64,000 bases of DNA from Orbicella franksi (lineage: Eukaryota): the NCBI GenBank assembly GCA_964199315.1, contig OZ116698.1, positions 21,390,001 through 21,454,000 of the forward strand. Direction: 5' to 3'. A program made the translations under genes and the position numbers. This document shows, in pieces, positions 32,901 to 45,200 of the stretch. Positions within the stretch are counted from its first letter, which is position 1; every line of letters begins with the position of its first letter. The notes beneath the pieces are model-generated. The model made no database searches, was not told the origin of the DNA, and worked only from the letters and a program-made list of their open reading frames with translations.

Positions 32901-35900
32901 CTTGGTCAGATCTTCAAAGTTTTTAAGAAGGAAGACATGTGTCCTGAAGGGTTCGGAAGCAATGCTTCGCAGCTCCTGTTCATCCACACTGTCTGTCACG
33001 CCAATAGTATAGATCTCGAAATCACAGCTGTCACGCAATATCATGGCATCAGAGGCGGGGTCACCGCCGATATTGGATCTGCCGTCTGTGATTAGGAACA
33101 GCGCTTTCTTGCTGCGCTCGCGGGTCTCAGGCACAATTTCTTCAATGGTCTTATTCAGGGCAAGACGTGTAGCAGTTCCTCCGGCAATAAAGTTCAAGTT
33201 TTCTAAATCATCAAGAAAGACAAAGTTAGGTTTGACACCTTCATAATGGAGCGAAGTGACCTGTAGGTTATTCATTTTCTCTTTCTGTTGTCATAGTTCG
33301 GTAATTCAGTGCACGGGACACGCCCAACTCTCAGTTTAGTGGGGCACCATGATGGCGTCAATACAGAGGAAGAATTCGCAACCTTACACAGAAAATTCCC
33401 CCATCAGCACATCAGCAGGCTAAAACTCGCCCTCATTAGGGAAGGGAATTAAAAATATTTTTTCTTAAGTTCAGTCGTGTGTAGTTAAAATCAAGCAAGT
33501 CGCTGTGTGCAAATGAAATACACCAACTGTAGCTTAATCAACGTCAAACGCCCTGTCAGCCTCCAATAATTTAAACATACCTGGCTATTGTAACTTCATT
33601 CGTTGTATATATATATTGGCACATATAGACGGTTAAAAGTGCTTCCTGAGCCAACAAAGATGCGAACCAAAAGGATCACGAGGATTGACAGTCCCGATTC
33701 GGTGAATAATAAAAACTGGTTAAAAAGAGACCGAAAATGGACAACTCTTGGTTTAAAAAGATAAAAAATGTATAAAAATTTATAAAACGTTTCGGTCTCT
33801 CGACCTTCGTCAGCTACCCTGATACATATATTAGATATATATATTGGTATCCACTGTGAGAGGGGGTTTCACACGAAGCTGCAGTGGTGTAACCTTTTGA
33901 CAAATGACCTCGATTTTACCATACTTCTTTATTAGTCTAACTGCTGACTACTAGTGGAGGCGCGGTGGCCTCATGATTAGTTCGTTCGACTCCGGATCGA
34001 GCGGTCCGTGTTCGAACCCTGGCGGGGTACAGTGTGTTGTGTTCTTGGGCAAGACACTTTACTCTCACAGTGCCACACTCTCCACCCAGGTGTTTAAATG
34101 GGTACCGGGGAATTTAATGCTGGGGGTTAACCCTGCGATGCTCTAGCATCCCATCCAGGAGGAGGTGGGGCGGGGGTGTAGAAATACTCCTAATCGCTTC
34201 ATGCTATAGAAAACCGGGATAAGCTCTGGCCTGATGAGCCACTTGGCTCATATGCAGAATTAACGTTACCTACAGTCTAACAATGCAGAAGACCTGACTT
34301 ACCAAGAGTTGCAATAGCCTCGTTTTTGTTGGGCATGGCATTTGTTTTCAGATTGAAAATAACTTTGGCTGTCGAGCTGAATGTAACAACAGCAACTCTT
34401 GTCCCCATTGCAGAGTTGGATATTCCAAACTCGTCGATGATCGTTTTGGCGAAAGCGATTCCTTTTTGGAAGTTCTTATTTCCGACGCTTGCCGAGCTGT
34501 CGAGCACAAACACCAGATCGAGGCCACCAGCACCGGAGGATAAACCTGCCCGAGCCAAGCTGTCAGTTGTCGTCCAACTCAGTTTGTCGATGAAATGTTT
34601 ACGCAGGTTTTCTGCAACCTTCTTCAGACTTCTCAAAGGATCTGGAGAAAAAGCGTCGTCAATGACTCATTTGCCTCAGGAAATAGCCGCTAACAATACG
34701 AAAATATCGAAAAATTGATTTGTATTACGGTTTAAGCGATTTTTTGGTCATGCAAGAATAAGCAAAGCTAAGGCAAGTGAATGAAAATTAAGCAAAAGCT
34801 AAAATAAAAGTTAAACGAGATGCTAACAAGAAATTATAAGCAAATCAAAACAATATTAGTGTCTTGGACTGACTGACTGACTGACTGACCGACTGACTNN
34901 NNNNNNNNNNNNNNNNNNNNNNNNNNNNNNNNNNNNNNNNNNNNNNNNNNNNNNNNNNNNNNNNNNNNNNNNNNNNNNNNNNNNNNNNNNNNNNNNNNNN
35001 NNNNNNNNNNNNNNNNNNNNNNNNNNNNNNNNNNNNNNNNNNNNNNNNNNNNNNNNNNNNNNNNNNNNNNNNNNGACTCATTGACTCACTGACTGACTAA
35101 CTCACTGACTCACTGACTCCCTGATTAATTGACTGACTTCACGGATCAATATTTGCAAAACTGGCTTGAAACCCAGAATAGGTCATCAACTAGTTCAAGG
35201 GAGAAATTTACACAAAAGGAAGTTAAAAATAATTATCAATTTGAAAAGTACATGACATTAATTACAAAGCCAGCCAGTATTAGTCTGACACGGGTTTAGA
35301 TTAGGATGTCATGCATTACGAAGACAAACTGGCAAATATGAAAATGTTTAGTATGCAAAGAAAATTGCATAGAACATGAACAGCATCTCCTTGGGGTAAA
35401 CCACTTTAAGACGTGAACTGCATTCGCATATTTTAAACGCAGATACTTGTTACACCAGTTTAAGTGATAACGACAGGACCGAGTATTTACTTACAGCAGA
35501 CAATAAAGTTACATCTAAAATAACAGGTAAATATATCCATGTTTCGAAAAAGAAAAGAGATTCTTAATTTACAAATGTAATAAGCACTATGAGTTTTCTA
35601 ATTAATTGTTTACGGATATGGTAAATGTTATTTTGTATTTTTATTAGTTAATGTAACCAGACCAACACCTCCCTTTGGAAAGTAAGGCGCAATAAAGATA
35701 TACTATTACTGACTCACTGGCTCACTGACTGACCGACTGACTGACTGACTGACTGACTGACTGACTGACTGACTGACTGACTGACCGTCCGGCTGACCGG
35801 CTGACTAAACTGCTGACTGACTGACTGACGGACGGATGGACGGACTGAATTACTGATTGATCGACAAGCTGGCTGGCTGGCTGAATGACTGAATGGCAGT

Positions 35901-38803
35901 TCTAAGACATACGTCATTTATACGCACAAAGACTTAAATGGAGTTACCTATTTTCCGGCAGGTCGGTGTAGTGCCATTCCATTGTACGGTCTTACACGCA
36001 CGACACTTAGGAACGCATCTGAGTGCACCAAGGCCGACAAGTTCATATCCTTCATTACAGGAGAAACGAACTTGAGTTCCTTCTAGAAACAAACTTCCAT
36101 CACGGCGACCATTTTTCGGGCTACCTGGATCTTTGCATTTCGTTTCTGAATAAAAGCAACATTAAAAGATGGTTATCAGGTTTATTAACAGTCAAATGCC
36201 GTATCAAATGTCAGCGTTTTTATCTTCGTTTTGGATTCCAGTCACAGAGAGAAGTTTGACTACTATTCAAAAGTAAATTATTGCCTTTGGTAACTTTTTC
36301 CAACATGGAAATCGTAACTGTTTAAAACTGCACGCCCAAGATCAGTCTAAAAAGTTGCAAGAATCTGGGACACGGTGACAAAACGAGACCTTTATGCATT
36401 AACCGAGAGGACATTAAAAAAAATCGATGCTAAGCGGAGAGAATATGAAGTAACCGATATCTCAATTTTAACAACGAAGGTGGCTCCATAAGGTTATCGT
36501 TTGTAGTGTTGCCCGTGTTAGCGTTTTATTTCGAAAGTTGTTTTTGGGGTTTGGTTTTACTTCTAGTTCATAATTCAGAATTAGTAGACTATGACTATAT
36601 TTAGTTACATTGCCTGTGAAAATAATCACTCCTCTATGCAAAAATTAACCTTTAATCTACATGAATGAAGAGACTAGATATTTCTTAAATAAGGTCTTTC
36701 AGTTACTTTTTGTACAACGGGGTAGCTTTGTCGGCGACCACTTTCCATCTTTAGTGCACATCAGCTCAGCATTGCCTCTGAGACGGTACTTGCCGTTACA
36801 AACGTACTTGACAATTGAACCAACAGTGAATTCATCTTTTTGAGGCTCAAAGTAACCCTGCCTTATACCGTCGGGTCTTTTACATAATGAGCGTCTTACT
36901 CCTGTTGTCAGAAAGACGAAAAACAATTCCAGTTTTAGAAACCTCTTAAACGTGTAAGCTATTGAAGTCAGTAAGTCCAAACCAGTTCAAATATCAAACT
37001 ATCTTTCACGCAGTTCAAGCTACGGAACTAAGCTAGATCTACATTGTATATGGATGTGTTAAAATGTGTGAGTAAAATTTCCGAGCATTAATACAGTTTC
37101 GTACCATATATAAAGAATAGCCTCCCTTTAATTGGCGCCAAAACATGCTCGGATATTTGTGTGCGAACATTATTTGTTCCGATTGAGAGCGTAGCTCGAG
37201 GAAAACTGTGAGCTTCGAAGAACAGATAATTTCCAAGGACAAATATCACGCATTTTTTCAAAGTTAAATGGAGGCTATTGTGTTCATCATATTTCAAATA
37301 TTATTCGCAACACGCGGGATCTTTTCAAAATTGGCGAATATCACTAAGATATTTCACACTTTTGGCTAGGGCATACTCAGCCACGAGACGCTTTTAAACC
37401 AATCGCGTGCGAGCGAAAATATTATTGTATATTATTATGGCTTTACGTGCCAGCCGTGCGTGTTCTCAGATGGTGCGTGTCCAGAGATGTGTTCCTTACC
37501 CCTTTCTTTCTTGTGGCGTAATTTTTCTTGGGTGCAGACTGTCTTGTCATTAAGCACTTTCACACAATATATATCTGTGTCTGGATTTATGGAAACAGTG
37601 TTAAAGAAATCACACCCCGCTGAAGCGGTTGTTCTCGTCAGAGAAAGTAGACGATATAAAAATTACAAGGAATGTCAGTCTTTTTTCCTTCACTCTCTTA
37701 TCTCCCCTTTCTTGATCTTCTTTTTATTTTGTTATTTTATGTTATTTTTCGTCGCTTGGAGTGATTTTAAGGCCTTCAGAAGTCGTGAAATTAAGGTGCG
37801 TATGGGTGATTTGGTGCAAAATACTGACACGGTTTTCATAAATCCAGTTATATATGTATCGTGACAACTTTGCACAGCTCACCTGATTGACACGTGGGAG
37901 ACTTTCCAATCCACTTGCCATTGACACACCTGATAACGCGAATCCCAATTGTCTTGTAACCTCTATTACACGTGTAAAAACCGTATGAATTTCGTAACCT
38001 GACTGTTCCATTGACTATGCTTGGTGGATCAGGACAATCCCCAGTCCGTTTTCCACAAGTCTCACCAGTAAATCCACGAGCACAGGTGCATGTGAAGGCA
38101 TCGACCCCGTTTGTACATGTTCCGCCATTTTGACATGGAGTAGAGTCACAACGGTTGTGATGCAGTTCGCATAATCGTCCTGTCAGGTCAGGTTTGCACA
38201 CACAAGAAAAACTGCTGTTATGATCCAAACACGTTGCACCATTTTTGCATGGATTCGAATCGCACATCGTAGCGTTACACAGATTTCCTGTACAGGACGA
38301 GACTTGGAAGAAACGATTCACATTGAGTATCGTCAAGCATGTTACAAAAAGTCGAACCACTTCTTCACGACGGCCTGGAGTTTTGTCCAGCTGCCCGATC
38401 AACAATCTATATGTTCGTTACACCTTTTCACAAAATAAGCCTGTCGCTATATAAAAAAAAGACCTAGTTCAAAGCTATGTATTTCATAATATACAACTGC
38501 CGTATATTTTTGATAGTAGCTTCTCTCCAGTTACATGTACCCCTTCCCTACCATTTCTATTTATCTGCCACCTTTACTCCCTATCTGAAACATGTTTAAT
38601 CATAAGCATCAGCTTAACACGTGAGACACATGGTTCATTTTTGTATCTCTGGAATAATCAAGACCTTGCAGTTTACTGTATTGCTTAACTCTATCAAACA
38701 ATATGCAAAATCAAGTTCTTTTCTTACCTGCAGCAATGGCGTAAGTAGAAAATCCTGCTAGGAAAATTGTGCTAGGAATCAGTATGGATGTGAAAAATGT
38801 CAT
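29963..38803 (-). CDS. CFB: Complement factor B/C2-like serine protease: signal peptide-EGF-EGF-CCP-CCP-CCP-vWA-trypsin, 799 aa
   Basis: Ten phase-consistent GT-AG exons: 38728-38803, 37883-38302, 36707-36901, 35948-36145, 34303-34641, 32870-33202, 32047-32286, 31407-31645, 30517-30705, 29963-30133 (2400 nt). Signal peptide [25 protein letters not shown]; MIDAS DSSAS...GGTAT...LITDG; catalytic triad TVAHC / GDDLAL / GDSGSP; SWGEGC and KYGVYT. The CCPx3-vWA-protease core defines the Bf/C2 family. Confidence 0.92.
33782..33817 (-). ncRNA. Second minimal hammerhead ribozyme-like motif, in intron 5 of the Bf-like gene
   Basis: Minus strand GTAG-CTGACGA-A-GGTC(GAGA)GACC-GAAA-CG-UU-TTAT. Core is intact, stem II is 4 bp with a GNRA loop, stem III is the ACGT palindrome, triplet is GUU. 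Stem I is only 4 bp with two G-U wobbles. Confidence 0.55.
33956..34272 (+). mobile_element. Full-length tRNA-derived SINE
   Basis: A-box TGGCCTCATGA, B-box GTTCGAACCC; same body as the 7415 copy. Confidence 0.88.
34868..35140. repeat. (GACT)n microsatellite interrupted by a 176-N assembly gap (34899-35074)
   Basis: GACT repeats flank both sides of the N run; lies in intron 4 of the Bf-like gene. Confidence 0.95.
35707..35890. repeat. (GACT)n / (GGCT)n / (GACG)n microsatellite
   Basis: Long ACTGACTGACTG run with variant units. Confidence 0.92.
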
Positions 38804-41519
38804 CTTCTTTATCATCTAAAGAGCAGTAAGAACAGCTTAGATTTGCAATAAAGAAGACAGACTGAACCTAAAATGAAACTGAACCAAAGGTAATTCTCAA
38901 ATAACGTCGTTACGAATTCACACAAGACCAACTAAAGACACCCCCTTGACCTCGCAGTGGAAGTCGTAACTTTTATCATAGACGAAGTCCCAGTGAAGAA
39001 AAGGATACCCGAAGTATGAAGATATCGTGTTATGTCCTTCTAAATTGAGACTCGGTTCTTAATTTTCCCGACCTGACTAGTAATCAACAACATAAGTTTG
39101 TCGATTGTCACCGATTTCCGACAGCAGTCGAAAATCGTTTGTTAATTGATTATCGATTTACTGAGCAACTACGCCAGACAGAACCAAGAGGGTAAAGATA
39201 GTCATCAACAACGGGACCATAACAAAGGAATTGTCTTGCAGTTGGCATGGTAAATTATATCTAGAGATTTTTCGAAATCTTGGGATCAGTGCGGACCGAG
39301 TGAAATCAGGTAAACAGAATGCCAGGAGATCGTCGCTTGATTGTACTGCATGAAATATCTTGCGTGCCTTTCCCTTTTAGCTGACTACAGTGCCATGTAA
39401 AGTTACTTGCTATTTCTGCGGATATACAGTTGTGTAGACTTGAAGGGCAATATCTTCGAAGACATAGTCAAGTACTGATGAACGCAAGATGTACTCGGTA
39501 GGCTATAAATAAAAATTACGATTACAGCTTAGCCATAACAGATGAAGCAAGACGTTTATAACTGAGCATACACATACCAGTTACAGTGGACGATCGTGGA
39601 CGCTTAAAACGTAATCCGAGCTTCGGTTTCAGTGAAAATCTTCAGAAACGTGTGGGCTCTAGTCTTCCTTCAGCTCTTGTTTCGATGACGCGTTCAGCTG
39701 AATCCGGTCAAAGACTATCAGTTATCTGTCTGACACGTGCGTCACGCCATATTTTTGCTGTAACAATTTCAAACACCATGCTGTTGCAAACAGTCGGGTC
39801 GCTTGCTCATCCAAGATTAAGACGAGTTCCATGTTGAAAGCCAATTTCCCAAGTATGACAAATGCAACCTAGGAAGTTTTTTAGTGAAAAATGATGGATG
39901 AAAATCAAGAGAGAAGTTGCGAGATTCACTTAGACATTTGTATCTCATGAGGCATTAGCCCCTCGCCCGTTTGTGCCGTCTAGAATTTCTTTTATGTGCT
40001 GGGTTGTTTGTTTTAGGGTGATCAGTAATGGTTCCGTTTTCAACAACCTTCACCCAGGTCGGGTTAACAGGTCAGTTCCTTAAACAAATAATAAAAACAT
40101 GATGTTTCATTTATATCAGCCTGCAAAACTGACTACGTCTTGAGTGGTAACTTGAAGTTTCGTCCCATGCCTAGAGTAATTTTTCAGTTGAACATTACTG
40201 CCAGATCCCGGCGAGGGAGAGGGGGGGAGGGGAGGATCTAAAAAAGAAACAGGATAACAACACACTTTTTCATATACCGGTAATTATCATTATTTCTGGT
40301 CAGTACCCAAACCAAAGGAAATACAGTTTTGAAACCGCGTTACAAAACCTTTTGATATGTTCTTGTTCTTGTTTTTTTTATGTTTTAGGCTTCATTTTTA
40401 TCACATGCCGTGTCAACATCTCATTTGAAAACAACTACTCAGCTTGTAAACCCAATGCACCTTTATTTCGATAAGAGATAGTGATTATACTTAACGTGAC
40501 GCCCTTCATTTTAACGGTGAAAATAGTACATTCCTGCTGTGAAAACAGAGGATACCTTTATGTTAAGTGATAGCCTCAAAACAAGGTCACTATAAAATGT
40601 GTAGCTATAGCCAACGAGTATTACATTACATTTTAGGAAGTATCTAAGTTTCACAGAAATTACTGTTCACCAATCGTCTCCCGTAGAAGTTCACTTTAGA
40701 CCTATCTATACAGATATTGAATAACTAACCTTTTAAAAAAGGTTTATAGTTGATAAAACTGTTATGTAGTATTTCACACGAGGTAAACTGAAAGAAAAAC
40801 AGATGAAACAAGATCTGATAGCTATTTGATACACCATGAAAAAAAAAAAAAACATTGAATCGAATATTAAAACAATTGTATATACCGCACGTGGTTGCCT
40901 ACTAACATTACTAAACCTTTGGTCCTTAGGTACATGTAGGAACCGACTAGGGCGTTTTTAAGGCACAGACGTGTTAGAGAAGGACGTGAACCGGCAGTTG
41001 AACTTTCTCTTGTTTGGTCCGTATTATTAACTTTTCGTTAAAAATTTCAAGTTCTAAATGATAAGCTGAGAGTTTTCCATCTCACATGTGGAATGTGAAT
41101 ACGCGCCAACAGCAAGAACATAAACTTCCGATGTACCTAAACAGATGTTGAATAACTAATTTTAAGGTTTACAGTTGATGAAAGTAGTCACCACCTAAAT
41201 TATTCAAAAATCCTAAAAAAATTCAAAAATCCTAATAAAAATTCAAAAAGGTTTTAAAAATGCCCACAACATTTGAAGTGGGATATAATTATATTTGTAT
41301 TCAAACAATATCACCTGGGCATGTTGCGTGATAACTTTCTTAGAAAACATCAGTTGCCATTTAACTTAAACTGATCTAGGTTGAATTAGTTGTAGAACCT
41401 TAAAGCTTGTAACCTCGAAAATTCAACCGATGAAATGATTGTAAATCAATAATAAAAACTTAATTATTTTATTTCCCACTGAAAAAATCCAACCAGGTCA
41501 TATTTTCAGAAATATGTTA

Positions 41520-41806
41520 TACCGTAAACTGCCACTTATACAACTTCGTAAGGGGTTTTGTGGGGGCTTGGAAACGGAGGGGCTTATAAGTGGAATAAAA
41601 AAAAACCGTTTCGAAACGAGTTACAGCAGTGTTAATCGAAATACTTTTTGCATATACGGGTTCTTAATTAAGCTTTAAAACATCGTAATAAATCGAATTC
41701 ACTTTATTTTAAACTAGAGGGGGGGGGGTTTAAGCGGAAGTAATATTTTAATCTACAAGTAGAATGGTCTATAACCGAAGGGGCTTATAAGCGCCAGTTT
41801 ACGGTA
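41520..41806. mobile_element. MITE with 21-bp terminal inverted repeats
   Basis: TACCGTAAACTGCCACTTATA versus the reverse complement of the right end TACCGTAAACTGGCGCTTATA; TA at both ends. Confidence 0.75.
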
Positions 41807-42286
41807 GATAGAAATGAGTGCACCTTGTCACGCGCACAGTGCACATTAATTGTCACGTGCAGTGCTACGTGGACTAACTGGTGATTGCTATGTAAAACGT
41901 TTAGTGTTTGAAATCAAAACTTCAGGATAAACTCAAAGGTAGATTTAGTGGTAGTTCTCCGAGAAACAACTATACTGTTGAAATATGTAATTTGATTCAG
42001 ATAATAAAAGTTCAATTACCATAACTGAGTCTCAAACTGGTGAATATTTGTAACACATGTTGACGGGTTATAGCCTTCAAATGCGTCATCCTTGTTCCAC
42101 ATTGTAAAGTAGAACTCAATGATCCAACAAACTGAAATGATAATTATATAAGTCTTGCGTGTTCGTGTTTCTATCATTGCTGGGTTCTGAGACTCAAAAC
42201 TACCAAGAGCCTAGCTAGAGGTTTCAGTAATATTGACACTCCAGACTGTCCTACAGTTAGCATGTACTCGTAACTTTTAAAGCCAT

Positions 42287-45200
42287 TTAGAAATAGTAGT
42301 TAGGTCCAGGTGACGAGGAATCGTTGCGTCTCTGTTGGTAGCTTGTGCTGCTGCTGTACACGTGAACTGTGTTTGTCACAGATGAATTTCCTCCTGAATA
42401 AGCTGTTTGGTCATCAGCCTGTTAAAGAAGAAGACATTTTCACAGGAAGCAAGGAAACAGTGAACGGTGCAAGTAATTTCCGGCATAAGACTAACACCCA
42501 AATTGTGAGCTACTGTTTGTGACGCGCAATTAATCATAATCAAAATCGTAGTCTACTTCTGTTTAATAAGAGAATGCTCCTGGAAAAAAATACTTAAGGA
42601 GCTAACCATGGTATCTAACTGAACGGAAAACAGAGGTCGGCCAATGTTTTCTAACCAAAGAAGGTAATGACTTGGTTTTATACGAGTATTTCCCGGCACG
42701 TAACACCGGCTACACGTGTTTGTTCCGAGGTATAAAAAGGTCGCATTTTAACTCCTGTACAACTCTTGAACCACAACTCTTGTGTCGCTGGTATGATTTC
42801 TGGCGATAGTTTGGATAAAACAAGTCTTTGTGTGTGTGAAGGACATTCATGTTACCTCCTGCATGACTTCAGTTTTCCTGTCATTCAAGTGATCCAGCTT
42901 TTCACCCAGTTTCTCAAACTCTTTCTCCAGTCGATCATTGTTTGATTGTAAGGTGTCGTTGTTAGAGTACTTTGAACTTCGATCGGAAGCCTTTAAACAG
43001 AATAAACACTAAAAGAGTTAAACATGCATATATTGATTGAATAGAAGATTTTGCTGGTGTTTCCTATTGGAAAGTACAAAAAAATAATCGTTAGAAATGC
43101 AGGTATTTAAAATAGTTTTTGAGAATCTGACAACCCCGCGCCCCTCACCCCACGGGGGATTACAACACTTTAAGGGGCGGTTTCTAAGCCAAGCCACATT
43201 TGTTCTGCTGGGAAGTAATGATGTCGGCTTGGTTCTTGGTGAATGAAATCTTCGTTTATTCTAAAGACATCACTCCCGCTACAGTGTATTCAAAGCATTA
43301 GGAATTTCGAAAGACTATTTCCGACATCCTTGGAGCAAAATTTTTTAAAGAAATGGGTTTTTAAATCATTTAAAAATCGAACACAATGGTTTCGAGCAAC
43401 GCCAGCCATCACGAAAGGTGTCAAGTTGACACTGAAATCACGAGTGCTTATTTCTCCTCAGACGGGAGCAACGCATTCCAGACGATAACTACAATTGTTC
43501 ATGAAGTCAGCAAAGATAAATCAAAGGTACCTGATGATTTTTTTCTTTTTCATAGTCCGTGTTTTGCTTATTTTACCGCCTAAGATTAATTAACAATTAT
43601 TCCATGAAACCGCGTTGGATATGAAGTGATAAATAACCAACGAGCGCGTAGCGCGAGTTGGTTATGATCACTTCATATCCAACAAGGTCGAATGGAATAA
43701 TTGTTTTAGTATATTCTTAATCGGGTTTTTGCCGCCGATTTTTATTTCAACAATTTTACAGAGCGGAAAATTTTTAAACTTGGCGCACTGTTTTCCATAT
43801 AAGGTAAAACTCCGACTAATGGCTCATAGTCGGAGTTTTTGAGCCAATCAGAGAGCTAGAAATGCAATAGTCGGAGCTGAGAATATACTAATATGTAAAT
43901 GGTTTGCCATTGCTGCAACTGCTTAAAGTAAGCTTACATATATAGCTAACATGTATGCAGGCGATTACATGTTCGTTTAAGTACTATTTTCCAAGTTTTT
44001 GCTTTTTTTCGTAGGCTTTGATATTTACTTCTGAAAGTTATACTGAAACAGTTGTTCGTCAAAGGGGGAGTGAATAACTGACATTCCCTTCGCCGAATAA
44101 TGACCAATAATTTGTTAAATAAGTTCTTGCTCTAGTGTACCTGAATTATAATGCCATTTATATCTCCCTTTTTGAACTATTGCAATGTCTGCTTCGAAAT
44201 CCATATGAACAAACTGTCCTTTATTTATCAGGCCATTCCTCGATTATTAAGTTTGCTTATTTTGAGCTGCTCGTCATTGTTATGGCTAATAAAAAGGGGG
44301 TTACATTCTCAAAAAGCAGCTTCACAACCTTTGTTGCCCGCGGCATTTACATTTTCATTCAGCCGCGTTCGCCAAAACCCTTGTTATTATTCCACTGGCA
44401 CTTGGTCTAATATGTGCTTAAGGCATACCGTAATTTAACGGTACGATTTTAAAGTACATGTATTTACCTTTTGATCTCCGTTGGTGTGTGGTTCAAAGAA
44501 TGACACAGGAGGTTTTGAGGCTGTTGCTGCATTCAACTCCTGCGCAGTTTTCAACACTGGACAATTCTTTGCACTGTCCCACTGGACGAGCTCTCTGTTG
44601 TAGAACTGGGCCTCTTTTGTTGCGATTTTTAACTTCTCGTTTTTGTGTCTTAGTTCTTGGAGTTCTCGTTCCAGGAGACTTTGTTCTTGTCTTCTTGGAC
44701 TCGTCGCTTGCGGCTCATTCTTAAGCGTATTGATGTCTCTCCCAAGGCTATAGGCAATCAGTTGTTGTTCGGACAAGACGCGTTGAAGTCGCGTCTTGCT
44801 TTCCTGGAGCTCGAATATTTCGCTTCTTAAGGTCGACAAGGTATTCTCATAAGTCTTCCTTTCGTCTTGTGATCTCCTGTAAAATTCTTGTTCGAGGAAG
44901 ATCTTCAGCTCTTTAGTAATCTTTTGTGTGTTTTGCTCGATTTCCATTTTCTCGTGCTCGAATTGGTGCTCCAGCTTGCTTTTCTCCTTCTTAAAGTGTT
45001 CTTCTAATTCTGTGACCTTTCGTTCTGCCTTAGCAAGTTTATCTTTTAGCTCGGCAATTGTTGCATCTGTTGTCCTCTGATAAGCTTGAACAACTTGCCT
45101 GTTTTCTTCGCGTAGTCGGGTCACGAGTTCTTGTTTTCCTCTTTCGACTTTGTTCTTCCATTCTGCCATGTCCGCTTCGTATTTCTTCTCTAGCTCTCGT

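Noticed and set aside
34231-34250. CTGATGA-GCC-ACTT-GGC in the SINE tail resembling a hammerhead half
   Set aside because: No GAAA or stem III follows; it is the SINE 3' stem-loop.
34845-35081. ORF-track entries with poly-X or SQSV repeats (also 35714-35917)
   Set aside because: Artefacts of the N gap and the (GACT)n microsatellite.
43386-43583. 65-aa plus-strand ORF with a possible donor
   Set aside because: Antisense within a gene B intron, no partner exons and no motif.
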